64,000 nucleotides of DNA from the NCBI GenBank assembly GCA_047495785.1, contig JBLDXI010000031.1, positions 310,001-374,000 of the forward strand. The letters run 5' to 3'. Source of the stretch: Lepidodermella squamata. Lineage: Eukaryota; Animalia; Gastrotricha. The translations under genes were made by a program, and so were the position numbers. Shown piece after piece: positions 38,685 through 51,166 of this stretch. Below the pieces are notes generated by a model. That model searched no databases. It saw nothing but the letters and a program-made list of their open reading frames with translations, and was not told the origin of the DNA. Within the stretch, counting starts at the first letter, position 1. Each line of letters begins with the position of its first letter.

Positions 38685-38736
38685 GAAGGGCCGGTGTAGC
38701 AAACGGGGGAACGCCGTCCCAAAAGCCAAACCCCGC
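38675..38736 (+). promoter_or_regulatory. -1 ribosomal frameshift signal (slippery heptamer plus predicted H-type pseudoknot)
   Basis: G GGA AAC immediately precedes the gag stop; pol is in the -1 frame and open from here. Stem GGGCCGGTGT / ACGCCGTCCC, and loop CGGGG can pair with downstream CCCCG. Confidence 0.8.
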
Positions 38737-38749
38737 ATTAATAGCTCAA

Positions 38750-41700
38750 GTGGGTAAAAACAGTGTTAAGGGACTAGCCGTAGAATTTACAGTAAACAAT
38801 AATAAAATAAACGTTCTAGTCGACACGGGAGCCGCTAAAAGTTGTGTAAAGTCTAAGTACCTACCCAAGGGAACTCTGACAAAGAAGGCAACGGCAGTAG
38901 GCCCCGACGGCAAGCCCCTCAACCTGGCAGGAGAAGCAGAAATTCTGTTTCAACTGGGACCCCATTCCTACAAGCACAACTTTCTGTTTGTAAATAATTT
39001 ATGCACAGAAGGGCTCTTGGGCGCAGATTTCCTAGGAAAATGCACCACCAAGGTCAACTGGTCTAAAAGAGAAATCAGCCTCGACGGAAATAAAATACCG
39101 CTGAAGGAACTTAACCAGACCATACAAGTTAACCAAGTGGTCATACCAGAAGCCCTAGAACCCATAAGGCTAGTAAAAGCCACACAAATAGCCCCGGAAA
39201 CGGCAGCGCTAGTGGAAGGACACGCGGACATACCGGACGGTAGGGTAGGCATTACAAACCCTATCGAGCTGGGAGGAGAACAGCCCGCATACCTAATAGG
39301 TCACGCACTGGTCCGCGCAAAGGAAGGGAAAATAGTAGTGCCCATCCTAAACGTGTCAAAATGCCCGCTAGTCCTACACAAAGATCAAAAGATAGCTTAC
39401 CTAGAACAGGTCGCCGAGTCCGAAATCCCCAACAAGACAGCTCCGATCATCAACTCGGTAGGAACAGAAGTGCAAAAGAAAGCAGAACAAGCCACTGTGC
39501 CAGAAGGTATCGACTTAAGCTCACCACAGTTAACAGACAAGCAGAGGGAGCAGTTGAAGGCCTTGCTCATCGAGTACAACGACATCTTCTCGAAAGGAAA
39601 GCGGGATCTCGGCAAATGCAATGTAGTAAAGCACGAAATTCGGACCACGGGAAGACCGGTAAAGCAGCTACCGCGAAGAACGACGTTCAAAGAACGCGAA
39701 ATCATCCGAAAGGAACTGGACGAAATGCTAGCTGCCGGAGTCGTCCGACCAAGCACAAGCGGATGGGCCAGCCCGATCGTACTCGTGCCCAAGAAGGATG
39801 GTTCCGTACGCTTTTGCATCGATTTTCGGAAATTAAATTCCATGACGGAAAAAGACGCATTCCCGCTGCCCCGGATCGACGATACACTCGACGCCCTGTC
39901 GGGAGCAGCCTGGTTCACAGGCATCGACCTTGCATCCGGGTACTGGCAAGTCGGACTCACGGAGGAATCAAAACCAAAGACGGCATTCTCAAGTCCATTT
40001 GGTTTGTTCGAATTTTGCGTACTCCCATTCGGAATCAGTAACGCACCGGCGACGTTTCAAAGACTAATGGGATACGTCCTGAACGGACTACTCTTCGAAC
40101 GATGTTTGGTATATTTGGACGACATCTTGATATTCAGCCGAACATTCGAAGAACATCTCGACAGCATCCGACGGGTATTCGATCGACTAAGACGCGCAGG
40201 ACTGAAAATAAAAGCGTCTAAATGTCATTTCGCACAGCAAGAAGTACCATACCTTGGCCACATCGTGACTGCACAAGGGGTGAGACCGGACGAAGGAAAG
40301 GTCAAAGTAGTCCGCGACTACCCAGCACCACGCGACATTACGGAGGTCCGAGCATTCCTCGGTCTAGCCTCGTATTACCGCCGCTACGTACCTGATTTCG
40401 CAAAAATCGCGGCCCCACTAACCGCGTTGACTCGCAAGTCAGAACAAAACTTTCGTTGGTCAAGCGAAGCGCAAGAAGCCTTTGAAACCTTGAAGCAAAA
40501 GTTGATAAGTCCGCCTATATTAGCATATCCAAGGTTCGACTTACCCTTTCGGGTTTACACAGACGCTTCCAACTTCGCAGTTGGCGCTGTCCTAAGCCAG
40601 GTACATGACGGTAAGGAGGTGGTGATCGCCTATGCCAGTCGCACGCTTAACAAGACGGAGCAGAAGTACTCGACAACAGAGCGAGAGCTGCTTGGTGCGA
40701 CGTGGGCCATTAAGACGTTTCGACCGTACTTAGCGACGCGACACCAAGGAGGAAAGTTCGAATTGATCACGGACCACAATCCACTGGTCACCATTAACAG
40801 ATGCCGCGATGTCGGAGAAAAGCTGTCACGATACCAGATGTTTTTACAAGAGTACGACTTCGACTTCATCTATCGTCCTGGAGCCAAACACGCCAACGCA
40901 GACGCTTTGTCAAGACGACCCGAACCCATAAACGTCGTAGGTCTCCAAAGCGACCCCGATGTAATCGTCGCCCTAGAAGAAATAAAGCAAGCTCAACAAA
41001 AAGATGATTCCTGGAAAAAGGCAAAACTCTTACATAATTCCAAAGGAGTAATTGTAAAACTCGGCAACGATAACCGTCCATGGATACCGCCAGCATTACA
41101 AGACAGAGTATTGAAAAGCTTGCACAACGATGTGAATGCAGGACACTTGGGACTCGATCGTACCCTGGATCGCGTTCGACAACGATTTTACTGGCCAAAG
41201 ATGGAAGAAACAATTGCTGACTACGTCCGGAAATGCCATGACTGCCAACAACGAAAAGCGCCAAACGCGCACCCGGTCGCTCCCCTGTAACCAATTGACA
41301 CAACGGAGCCAATGGCACTCGTAGCATGGGACGTAATGGGTCCAATCCAACCTACAACAAAGAAAGGCAACAATTACATTCTGCTAATAGGCGACCACTT
41401 CACAAAATATATCGAGGGATATCCGCTTAAAAATATTACAGCCGAATCAGTGGCTGATTGTTTGCTCGACTTTGTTTTTAGGTGGGGGCGCAGCCAAATT
41501 TTGCTGAATGACAACGGTCGAAACTTCGAGGCCAAGCTAATAAACGATATCTGCGCAATCCTGGGTACTAAACACGTACACACCACACCATACCACGCTA
41601 TGAGCAATGGGTTTTGCGAGCGCATGAACAAAACAGTACAGGATATCATAGCTAAATATCTGACTCCCGCTACGCAATTCGATTGGGATGTCTATCTTAA

Positions 41701-42715
41701 ATCAGCGCTATTTGCGTATAACACCAGCACGCACGACTCAACATCTTACGCACCATTCTATCTAATGACTGGCCGGCACGCAAAGCTACCGATAGACGTA
41801 GCCATTCAAGAGCCAGCATTCAGTCATGAAATCCAAAACCGTAGTGAGTACGCACAAAAAGTCTACACACGCTTACGCACCGCATTCAAAGAAACGCGGC
41901 AAAAACTAGCGCAGGCGCGCGCACGCCAAAAGCGTACATACGATCAAGGAAGCAAAAACTGCGAGCCTTTCCAAGAAGGCGAGCTGGTGTGGCTGCATAA
42001 CCCAGTGGTAAAAAGAGGGCAGTCTGCGAAATTCCATTGCGCATGGCGCGGCCCGTACACGGTCGTAGCGCGCTACGGAGCGCTCAACTACGCAATACGA
42101 CTGTTTAACGGTAGCGGTAAGGAAAAAGTAGTACATCGCAACCGCTTAAAAGAGTACTATGGCGATGTCCCGGCTCAACTAGATAAAATGACCGAATTTG
42201 AGATAGCGCAACAGCAACAGCGCAACTCACGCAGCACAACGCAGACCACATTACAAAAGAAAAGCCGCACATTGCAACTGTTACCCGCAGACGAGTATGA
42301 CATAGAACAATGGAACACTGAGGCATCGGCGCCTAGTCTGCCAAACAATAACACGTCAAATCAAGCGCGCACGGTCAGCGCCGAAGAGCTACAGAGGCTG
42401 TTAGCGCACCAACCGATAGTGCGAATGGAGCCAATACAGACTACGCAATACATAACATACAGTGAGGCAGCAAGCAGAAACCTGCCCAACATCACGCCAC
42501 CACCACTGCCAGAAATAGCATCTGGGCCCACCATGACACCACAAAACACCATAACGGCCTCAGAACCCAGCTCTGCAGAAACAGGGATCACGTGTAAAAC
42601 GAGTGGAAGCAGCAACATAATACACAGAGAGTTACCGGCAAGAGCGGCTAAACTGGGAAAATGTTACAAAGAACCGCGCATAAACGAATCTATGTACCAG
42701 AAATCGGACAAGTAG
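38750..42715 (+). pseudogene. pol: Pol (PR-RT-RNase H-IN) with one in-frame TAA at 41288-41290
   Basis: LVDTGA, YLDD, YTDAS, HHCC finger and DDE core are present. ORFs 38750-41290 and 41312-42715 share a frame. Confidence 0.92.
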
Positions 42716-42907
42716 CCGAAAAAGGAGGGAGAAATATTCAAACAAAAAGAAAACTCGCTAGCAAGACGTCTTAAAATTTCCCGGGAAGAGCGCTTACGAG
42801 CAACCTTTCTTTTTGATTGAATAAGGAATTGACAGCTCGAAGGCCGGAGCGCATAAACTACGTAAGGATAAAATTACAGAGACCGTATTCATCAACACGA
42901 TTGGACA

Positions 42908-43420
42908 ATGTGCAACTACATCGCTTTAGGAAAGAACGTGCTGCAGGCACTAGCGCTCATCGCGATGGTCACGACGACCGCGTTCCTGATTTATAAAACT
43001 GTAAGCGGGTTGGAAGCGCTAAAACAAGAAATACCGATCGCCGCTATGATAGCCGCCGAGCCCGCGCGCACATCAATAAATGAAACGCAAGTGGCTCCGT
43101 GCGCAGTCGCTAATGAACACGCAGATAATAATACCGACGCGCTCAACGCAACAGGCGCGGCCGCACCCTGTGCCGAGGTGTTAACCGACAAAAACACTAC
43201 CGGCATACCAGGGCACGAGCCGATAAAAATAGTAACAAGCCGTTGCGGAAAGACCGTTCTGGAACAACGCTGCGAAACGTTCGAAAAATGCGGCGTAGCG
43301 CTATATAAGGAGCTGATAGTTCAATGTTCCGACATTTATGAAATCGACTTGGAAATAGACCAGTGCGTCTACTACCGCCTCATCGGTGAACTTGCTTGCA
43401 TTTGCAGAAGCGCGCCTTAG
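42908..43420 (+). CDS. Gypsy accessory ORF A: N-terminal TM segment, Cys-rich putative glycoprotein, 170 aa
   Basis: Hydrophobic ALALIAMVTTTAFLIY, NxT sequons (NET, NNT, NAT, NTT), many Cys. Confidence 0.6.
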   Translation: MCNYIALGKNVLQALALIAMVTTTAFLIYKTVSGLEALKQEIPIAAMIAAEPARTSINETQVAPCAVANEHADNNTDALNATGAAAPCAEVLTDKNTTGIPGHEPIKIVTSRCGKTVLEQRCETFEKCGVALYKELIVQCSDIYEIDLEIDQCVYYRLIGELACICRSAP

Positions 43421-43499
43421 CCTAAGCGCGTAGTGCAAGAACAGCAAGTTAGCCCTAGCTCTACAAATTAAACTTGAATAACGTACCTAGTAGAGCTTC

Positions 43500-43721
43500 A
43501 TGGCGCCACATGAGGTACCGCTTGTCACCAATTATCAATATCGCCACAACTGTATACCCGAAATTCTTGACTTCTCGTTCACGTCGCTCTTCGACTTATT
43601 TGAAAACCAGACTAACTTCGATCATGACGACTGGCCTGATGATGGCGAATTAGAAGAATATTCGGCGCCATTGTCACCCAGCGTACCATGGGACACACTG
43701 TCACCAAGCATAACTAATTAA
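43500..43721 (+). CDS. Gypsy accessory ORF B, acidic, 73 aa
   Basis: ATG-initiated and co-oriented with the neighbouring ORFs; no recognised domain. Confidence 0.35.
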   Translation: MAPHEVPLVTNYQYRHNCIPEILDFSFTSLFDLFENQTNFDHDDWPDDGELEEYSAPLSPSVPWDTLSPSITN

Positions 43722-43796
43722 CCAATTAACATTGCATCCTAGATTCGAACAACTAATTGTTAAACTAACGCTCAGGCATAAAGAATTACCTCAACC

Positions 43797-44378
43797 ATGG
43801 ACGTCAACACTGGCAACCAAAACGACAATCGCGCAAGCAGCGATCTCGAGCGAAACCAACGGGCGCTGCGATTGATACTGACTTTCTTTACGATCGACGG
43901 GTGCCGCTGGCGCCAGAAGCAGCGCCAGCAGGGCCGGTATAATTTCAAGCCGGTGGACCATACAATAACCGACCCCATTCGGCTGTGGTGTAATGACTGG
44001 CTATTTACATCCAGTCTGGAGCGGTCCCTGCCCGAGCAGTATCCGGAGCCCGGCTGGGAAGAAGGACGGCCCGACGAAGTCTGGGTCTGGTGGCGGGCGT
44101 TAGCAGATCAGGCCAACTTCCATTTAATGGTCGAAGCTCTGCATCGCCCAGACGTGATCAAACAATTCGGCCCAGAAATTATCGCTTGCCTTCAAGTCTG
44201 GTATCAAAACCAGACCGTCCTCGCGCAATTAAGGGAAACGTTCGGAGGGGAAGAAGTCGCCCGATGCTGCTTCGACCTCTTCGGCACGGAGCCTAGCGGA
44301 CAACCCAGCCAGCGCGGACCGCCACGATTGCTCGCCGTCATCACACCAACACAGCGACAGACTCCTGCAGACCCGTAA
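43797..44378 (+). CDS. Gypsy accessory ORF C, Trp-rich, 193 aa
   Basis: Good start context (ACCATGG); GC-rich open frame between AT-rich spacers. Confidence 0.6.
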   Translation: MDVNTGNQNDNRASSDLERNQRALRLILTFFTIDGCRWRQKQRQQGRYNFKPVDHTITDPIRLWCNDWLFTSSLERSLPEQYPEPGWEEGRPDEVWVWWRALADQANFHLMVEALHRPDVIKQFGPEIIACLQVWYQNQTVLAQLRETFGGEEVARCCFDLFGTEPSGQPSQRGPPRLLAVITPTQRQTPADP

Positions 44379-44646
44379 AAACTGCTCACCCAGGACTCGA
44401 AAGCCACAGCGATCCGCAAAGTTGTATCCCTGGAAAACAAAAAGCAAAATTGCTAACAGGCGTCTGTTACATTGATACCTTGTTAAATAATACTAGTCAA
44501 CTATCAAAATGATATTATACTCATATCCTGGCATGACAAGTAAATAACTAAGGCATAATAAATAAATAAGCCTGGCCTAATGACTTATGTCTTCAACTTG
44601 TTAGAACTCTGTTACCTCAATATAAAATTAATTTTCAAAACTCACA

Positions 44647-44946
44647 ATGGCTCTGCAAGATCGCGCCGCGGCCCTGTACAGGCAACCGACGACGGTGCCC
44701 GAACTCAGAGCTTACCTCGACTTTGCATTCGGGGAAATTCTGACGAGGGTTGACCACTTCAACCCGGTCGGCTTCGATGGTCGGCCGGTCAGCCCCATAG
44801 GGACAAGGATTGTACCCACAATCCTTATTTTCCTCGAGACCTCGTTCGAACTGATACTACTCGTATTAGATACTATCTCGCCAACCACAACGCCTGCAAC
44901 GTCAGAGGAGACGTTGACAAATGGTTCACCCATGATGGAAGAATAA
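44647..44946 (+). CDS. Gypsy accessory ORF D, 99 aa
   Basis: ACAATGG start; GC-rich block after an AT-rich spacer. Confidence 0.5.
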   Translation: MALQDRAAALYRQPTTVPELRAYLDFAFGEILTRVDHFNPVGFDGRPVSPIGTRIVPTILIFLETSFELILLVLDTISPTTTPATSEETLTNGSPMMEE

Positions 44947-45178
44947 ACAGCCCCGTCACAACAGAGGAACTTCATAATGTTCGACCATAGATAACCAACC
45001 ATGACAGCCATACTAGCACCGACAAATCATCACAAGAAGCCGACTCATTAAACCATAAGCTCAGTCTTTACTGTTTTACAAATCTAGAACCTAGAAACAA
45101 TAAAAGGAAAAGGCAAAATTTAAAACTTGTTAAACTTAATATAATCTATAATCTTAGAATTTTGAAAAATTATTATCA

Positions 45179-45775
45179 ATGGCTGCCAAAGTTTCCAAGA
45201 AAGAACTGTCGCCATCCAAGATGGAATCGCGGCGTTACCGTTATGCTCGCGAGTATCAAGAGGCCACACCAGAGGAACGAGTCCGTATGGACCGGACAAA
45301 GAGACCGGCTCCATATGATCAACTCTACGCCGAAAGTATTCCCCTAAGATCGAAATACATATCGCGAGAAGAAAAGCAGCAAGAAGAAGAAGCCATTGCG
45401 CTACGAAGAACTTTGGCTGGAGAAGCAGCCACGAGCAACGGGATCTATCGTCTAAGCAAGCAACCACAGGAAGAGACCCAGAGGTGCTCACCTAAGATCC
45501 TGGTACCAAAATTGGCGGTCGAAACTATGCCGAATCTGAGCGCAAGTACGACTGCAGTAACAACAGGCCAAGAGAAGGAGGTAGCAGGACCCGTAAGGGA
45601 CAATCACTATGTGCAAACACAGCCAGCCCATGTGTTCAACATGCACGTAACAGATGGCAAATTCAACATAAATTTGGACACAGTGGTCCGGATCCAGCAT
45701 GAATTCCCGCCAAAGGCCGGATGCGTATCAGTCTGGTCACCCGAAACATATCAACAGCAAGAACCGAAGTGGTAG
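45179..45775 (+). CDS. Gypsy accessory ORF E, charged, 198 aa
   Basis: ATG-initiated open frame bounded by AT-rich spacers. Confidence 0.55.
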   Translation: MAAKVSKKELSPSKMESRRYRYAREYQEATPEERVRMDRTKRPAPYDQLYAESIPLRSKYISREEKQQEEEAIALRRTLAGEAATSNGIYRLSKQPQEETQRCSPKILVPKLAVETMPNLSASTTAVTTGQEKEVAGPVRDNHYVQTQPAHVFNMHVTDGKFNINLDTVVRIQHEFPPKAGCVSVWSPETYQQQEPKW

Positions 45776-46221
45776 AAAGAAGAGCGTAAAAGATGAACAC
45801 TGCGTGAACTTCCCTATGTCACCCATTAAAACCTAGAAACGATTTAGATAAACAAAATACGAAAATTGTTAGTAAAAGCCCTAGAGAACTAAGTAAAACG
45901 GTCGTTTTAATAAAGAAACCTGAGTGGACAAAGTTTTGAAGAGTGAAAAACCACCAAAACCGCTGAAAAATCACGTTCACCTACTAACTTAAACCTGCAA
46001 CTTTTTCTCGAAAACTCCTGAGAAATGTGAAGGAAAAATATATTTTAGCTAAATAAATAATTATTGATGCTAAAATAATATTTTAAAAATATTTTAAAAA
46101 TTGTTTTACCAAATAAAATTTAGTTTTCGCCGCAGGATTCTGGAATTTTTGCCAAAAATCAACCGACGCGTTTTGAAAAGTCGCCATCATTTCGGGACGA
46201 AATGTAAAGTAACGCGGGAGG

Positions 46222-46874
46222 TGTCATCGGATTAAACACTCAACACCAATACGTTTCAAAAGGTTTATTCATATTTTCAATACCAGCTACCGGTTTCAAG
46301 CCACCAACGCTCGAACATCAGAAATGAGTTACGACGCACCTCCGTACGCAACAATAATTCGTAACTACGCATCAGCAATCTCGAAATACGCAATAGGAAA
46401 TCGATCAGCAATCGATTCAAAGATAATGCGCAATCAATACGCAATAGGAATAATGACTCATCTCCATGATGCAATCGATACGTCATAATAATTATGACTC
46501 ATCATAGCTTCGACTTAATAAATATGAATCATCTATAGAAAGTACTATGATGGATCTTGGCAATATTCCAATGACGCAGTAGCATGAGCCTATATAAACT
46601 CCATGTTTCTCATTCTGTATCAACTAACTAACAAGCTTAACTAGCAGACCACTAGAACTAGCAAAGCTAACGGCTCACGAGCTTTGATTAGTTTATGACA
46701 CTAGAGTTACGTGTGCTACTAACTGTCGACGAAGTCATCCGAAGACTTCTGCCCTGTGTCACCGAACAAGTGTCGCAATAAAATATCAAATACCAGAATT
46801 AATTCTCTATCTGTTATTCGAGTTGATCAAGCTACTGGTTTGATATAACTCTGTTCTAATAGATAGGTGTGACA
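46222..46874 (+). repeat. 3' LTR
   Basis: Copy of 36853-37505, preceded by the purine-rich GCGGGAGG. Confidence 0.95.
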
Positions 46875-47675
46875 TACTCAGGCGTGAAGTAGAGCCTTTT
46901 CTCCTGGATTTTTACGATCCATAAACTGGTTATGAAAAAATAACACAAATGAAGACTTATTCTATCGTGATTTCAGGGGAAAAATAGCGTAAAAATATTA
47001 TATAAAGATACCAGCCCTAAATGCAAAACACCGTTAAATTTGGTGGCTCTAATTTTTCTCCTAGACATTTTTACGCCCATTTTCAAGTCGATTCACTATT
47101 CACATCTTCATGTCTCCGCGCCTCTTATTTTATTATTTAATTACTCTACGTGATTTTTTTTTATAGATAACGCTTTATCAAGGCATGAGGATTTCAAGGC
47201 CGGCGTTTGACTCGGCTGGCTCACAATGCGCCTATAAATTCGAAAAACTTGGAAATTTGTGGGAGTGGACTCGACTGACTTGGCTCGAATTCCCCAAAAG
47301 CATTCAGCATTGAAAAATTTCGGACGAACCAGTCTGTTTAAGGAATCGTTCTCTCTTCAATTCGTCGCCCTTGAGTTTCGTTCAATCAAATGACGTCAGA
47401 CCAGACACGGCGATGACCCGAAAATTATCGGTATATGCTGAGGCCTGAAACGCGGAATTCTCTCAGAACAGCTACATTTTCCCGCATCTCAACCGTGAAA
47501 ATCGCGCGTTCAGAGAGAGCGATCTCCAAACGAAATAAGCCGTGGCCACATTTGCGCTGCAGCGATTGGCCGATGCCGTTTTCGTTGATATTGTATTTTT
47601 GGAAATGCTAAAGCCTCGACTTTCGGTCGATTCTGTTACTGGTGACCTGACAATAGGTAAGCTACCTAATTTAAT

Positions 47676-47989
47676 CGGATTATCTTTCAGCGGAACCTAA
47701 TTTGCTTTTTGCGGAACCAAACTGGAAATCTGCCAAGAGTCATTATTTTCATATTTCTATGAATTCTAGGCTAAGCCTGAATTCTGAATTGAACACTGCG
47801 TTCTGCGTTTTATGGAGAATGTTGCGCTGAATTCACAGGTGAATTTTCTAGAATTATTGTGGCCAATCTTGACCTGCAATAAATATCCGAAAAGCGATTT
47901 CCGGCCACTAGAAAAGTCTAAAATTTGGTTCCGATACAGCAAATTTGGTTCCGCTCACCGTAAATTTGGTTCCGCTAAAAGGAGGACCC
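47676..47989. mobile_element. Mutator-like MITE
   Basis: 9-bp TSD TAATTTAAT (47667-47675, 47990-47998) and imperfect TIRs carrying GCGGAACC / GGTTCCGC repeats. Confidence 0.6.
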
Positions 47990-49093
47990 TAATTTAATGC
48001 CTCATATCGATTTTTTATTTTATTAATTTGAGAAACCGGTGGGGAATTTCATTTCGGCAATTCGACTCATACATTCGGTAGATTCATTCAGGCGTGACGT
48101 GAAGTCTCCGAGCTTCAAATAATTTAAGAACAGTTCATTGTGTGACAAAATTAATAAATTCTAAACATTATAATCAGTTCATTTTATTGTTAATCCCAGG
48201 CAACCCCAGCCACGAGCCCCGACACTACCTGGTGCAATTTTTGGAATCGGAGTCGGAATGAGACGCAACGTTAATTCGAGCTATGTTCGGACTGTCGGCA
48301 TGTCAGTAAATTGGCCTGCGACTCGGTTTAAAAATGTCCACCCGAAAACGAATTTATCAGACACACCGCAATCACTCGACCGTGACGGACTTGCTGTTGC
48401 AAGTCTAATTTGAGCCTTCAGTTGTCACTGAGACGTCGCTGGCTGGCAAGAACTTCATCCTGGACGGGACAAATTTCCAGTTCAAGCAGGCTTGTGCAAG
48501 GTAGGCTAGTAGCAGTAATTTTTTCGCTTTTATTTTTATCACGAAATTTATTGAAATTGGTAATGCTGTGCGACTGTGAACATAATTCCACTCTTCTCTA
48601 TTGTTTTCCGAATTATTTAAAAATGAAAAATTAATACCTAAGAATATCTTGCCGTAAAAAATCAATTAAGGTGACTTCTCGGATTAGATTTTCAAATGTT
48701 TTCTTGGATTAATTTTGTTTCATAATTTGGTGATAATTCGTGAAAACTCAGTCACGAATTTCCATCTTACGTTGTGAAATTTTATTCGCTGGCGATCGGG
48801 ATCGGAATTATCAAGCTTCCATCAAGCCTCGCTGTCATTTTTGCTAATTTTCACCATTTTGTACTTTATTATTAATTTCTTTAAAAATACGGCAACGAAA
48901 CCTTTTTATTGCTGATTGTAGTACATTCAAGAATTTGAATCATACGTTATTAGGTCAGTTTTTTGAGGCAGAGATTCTTTAAAAATTCCATTAATGATTG
49001 ATTACGTATTTAAAATCAACCAAGCGTGACAGAATTACTATTTGGACCATGTAAAAGAAGTTGAAGTTGAAGCTGAGCATAGATAGACATTAA

Positions 49094-49675
49094 CCCGTTA
49101 ATGCCCGTAACTATTTTTCATGAATATCATGACGAAAACATTATTTCCGACTTAGGGTGCTATGGAACATTTTTACAAGCAGCTCAAGCTGAATCCAACG
49201 ATATATAGATTACATAGGGTCATTTTCGAAGTATATTTATATATATTATATGCTGTTACGTAATACATATAATATATAGCTAAGTACTTGAATTCCAATG
49301 GAAAACCGATTTGACAGGTGTCAAATTCCGAAATTCGGTAATTTAATATGCTAATTGGTAAATTCATGGTTCTTTTTGCATAAAATTCGGCATTTGACAA
49401 ATTTTATTTTGGCCAATCATACCAGGGTTCCATTTGGCACCGATTTCCCGTAAATCACTCCTAAAGGTATCGATCGGATCAAATCGAATCCTTCGATTTC
49501 GATCGATCGATATTCCGAGGCCCGATCTGATTACCCCCTTGATATGGATATCGTTGGATAGGAAATTTTGTATAGGTTCGGGAAGGTTCCCTCAATTTCT
49601 TTGCCCGATAATTCGTGAATCCACTAGAAGCCTCAGAGCACGTGTCATCTATATAGGACGCCGGGCGTGAATGGG
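49094..49675. mobile_element. piggyBac-like MITE
   Basis: TTAA on both sides; imperfect 14-bp TIR CCCGTTAATGCCCG / CGGGCGTGAATGGG. Confidence 0.65.
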
Positions 49676-51166
49676 TTAAGACGCTAATTCCAATTTTCTC
49701 GTAGAAAACTGTCGATTTTTCCGTCTCCAACACGGCGTTTCCCTCATATTTTGGCGTCGTTTTACAATAGGCCACCCTAATTATGGCCGCTTGGATTATA
49801 CCTATAAATCATCTTCAATTTCCGCATCATTCAGACCTAGAAGATTGTGAATTTTCTGCTTTGAGTTGGATGCATAATCATCTCACGCTACTAAATTGTG
49901 TAAGGTCTTGCTTGATCCCTCAGCTAGCTTTTGCGCGAATAATTTGCAATTCAAATATTCCTTCGTTTACAGGAATGAATTCACTTCTCCAATCTCCTAT
50001 TGCAAGCCGAAAATGGGTCGATTCAACTTCAGCCGAGAACCCTTCAATCGAGGATGTCTCGCAATCACCCTGAGATCCTGAGGAAACTGCCGAACGTAAA
50101 TCGAAATCGATTCGCCCAGCTTCGAAGACCAGCATTTTGTCAAATCCACCAGAGTGTAATCGCTCGTCTTGTTACATCACAAAATTATGCTGCACGTCCG
50201 CCCGAAGTTTCTCAGACTTCATCGAACTTCAAACTCGATTGTTCATTGCTTCGTAACTCATTTCGCAACTGTTGACGATCCTTTTTAGCTGGAACTGCTT
50301 TTAAACATGACGAATCAATAAAAGTTTCATAGTTTCACTCAAATACCTTCAAAAAGCCTCGACTTCGATCTATGAACCTTAGCAAATTCTTGCATGAAAC
50401 ATCACTTGGGTTCATTCCTTCAGTTTTCAGTTATTCTTGATCACTGGAACCTTTCAGTTCCAGTTTAGAACATTCAGTATCCTGTTTTGAAGTGACAAAC
50501 AGCTAGAATAAACATATCTCCGACTGCTGCCATGAAAAACCGGCTTTAAATGCATCAAAACACCGAGTTCAAACCTTGGTTTGCTGGTTGAACCTCGAAC
50601 ACGAGAAATTTTTACGGCGGCGTCGCCCGTTGCCATGGAAACGGCTAGTCAAGGTCGCGTTACTATAATTTTATTTTTCCGATAACTATTTTGATGAGAT
50701 AAAATTATTTTTAAGAATTAACAGCGACTTAATTAACAAAAATTCGCGTACAATAAATCCCACTTTTGTAGGAAAAACAGGCTGCGCTATGAAGATTCAA
50801 CAAACGTGAAAAATTTTTAGTAATTTTTTATCGATCATTTAAATTATTTTTCCAAATTCCATTTCACGTCAAAAAGCATAAATTTCTAAAAAAAATCGTG
50901 CGATCGGGCATTTTTCAAATTTAATTTTAATTTAATTTGAGGGCAATTTTCAAGTTCAAATGCATAAATTTCCAAGGTTGAATTTGATCGGAAATTCCAT
51001 CAATCCTTAAAACAAACAAATCACCGATTCTGGAATCGATTATTCGCTTCAGTTTATTTCGCTCAAGTATTCAAATAATTTGGTGCTCACCACCGATTCA
51101 GAGGTGGACAAAATATTCAAGGTTTTATCATTTCCAGCTTTTTCATCGTCATTTTTTATTTTTCAG

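Larger units (their letters stand above)
36853..46874 (+). mobile_element. Full-length Ty3/Gypsy LTR retrotransposon, recent insertion
   Basis: 653-bp LTRs TGTCA...TGACA that look identical, 4-bp TSD TACT (36849-36852, 46875-46878), PBS, and domain order gag, PR, RT, RH, IN. Confidence 0.97.

Noticed and set aside
42908-43420. Canonical env gene
   Set aside because: Too short, with no furin site, fusion peptide or C-terminal anchor.
49780-50640. Possible decayed coding sequence or transposase on the minus strand
   Set aside because: Multiple stops in all frames and no recognisable motif.
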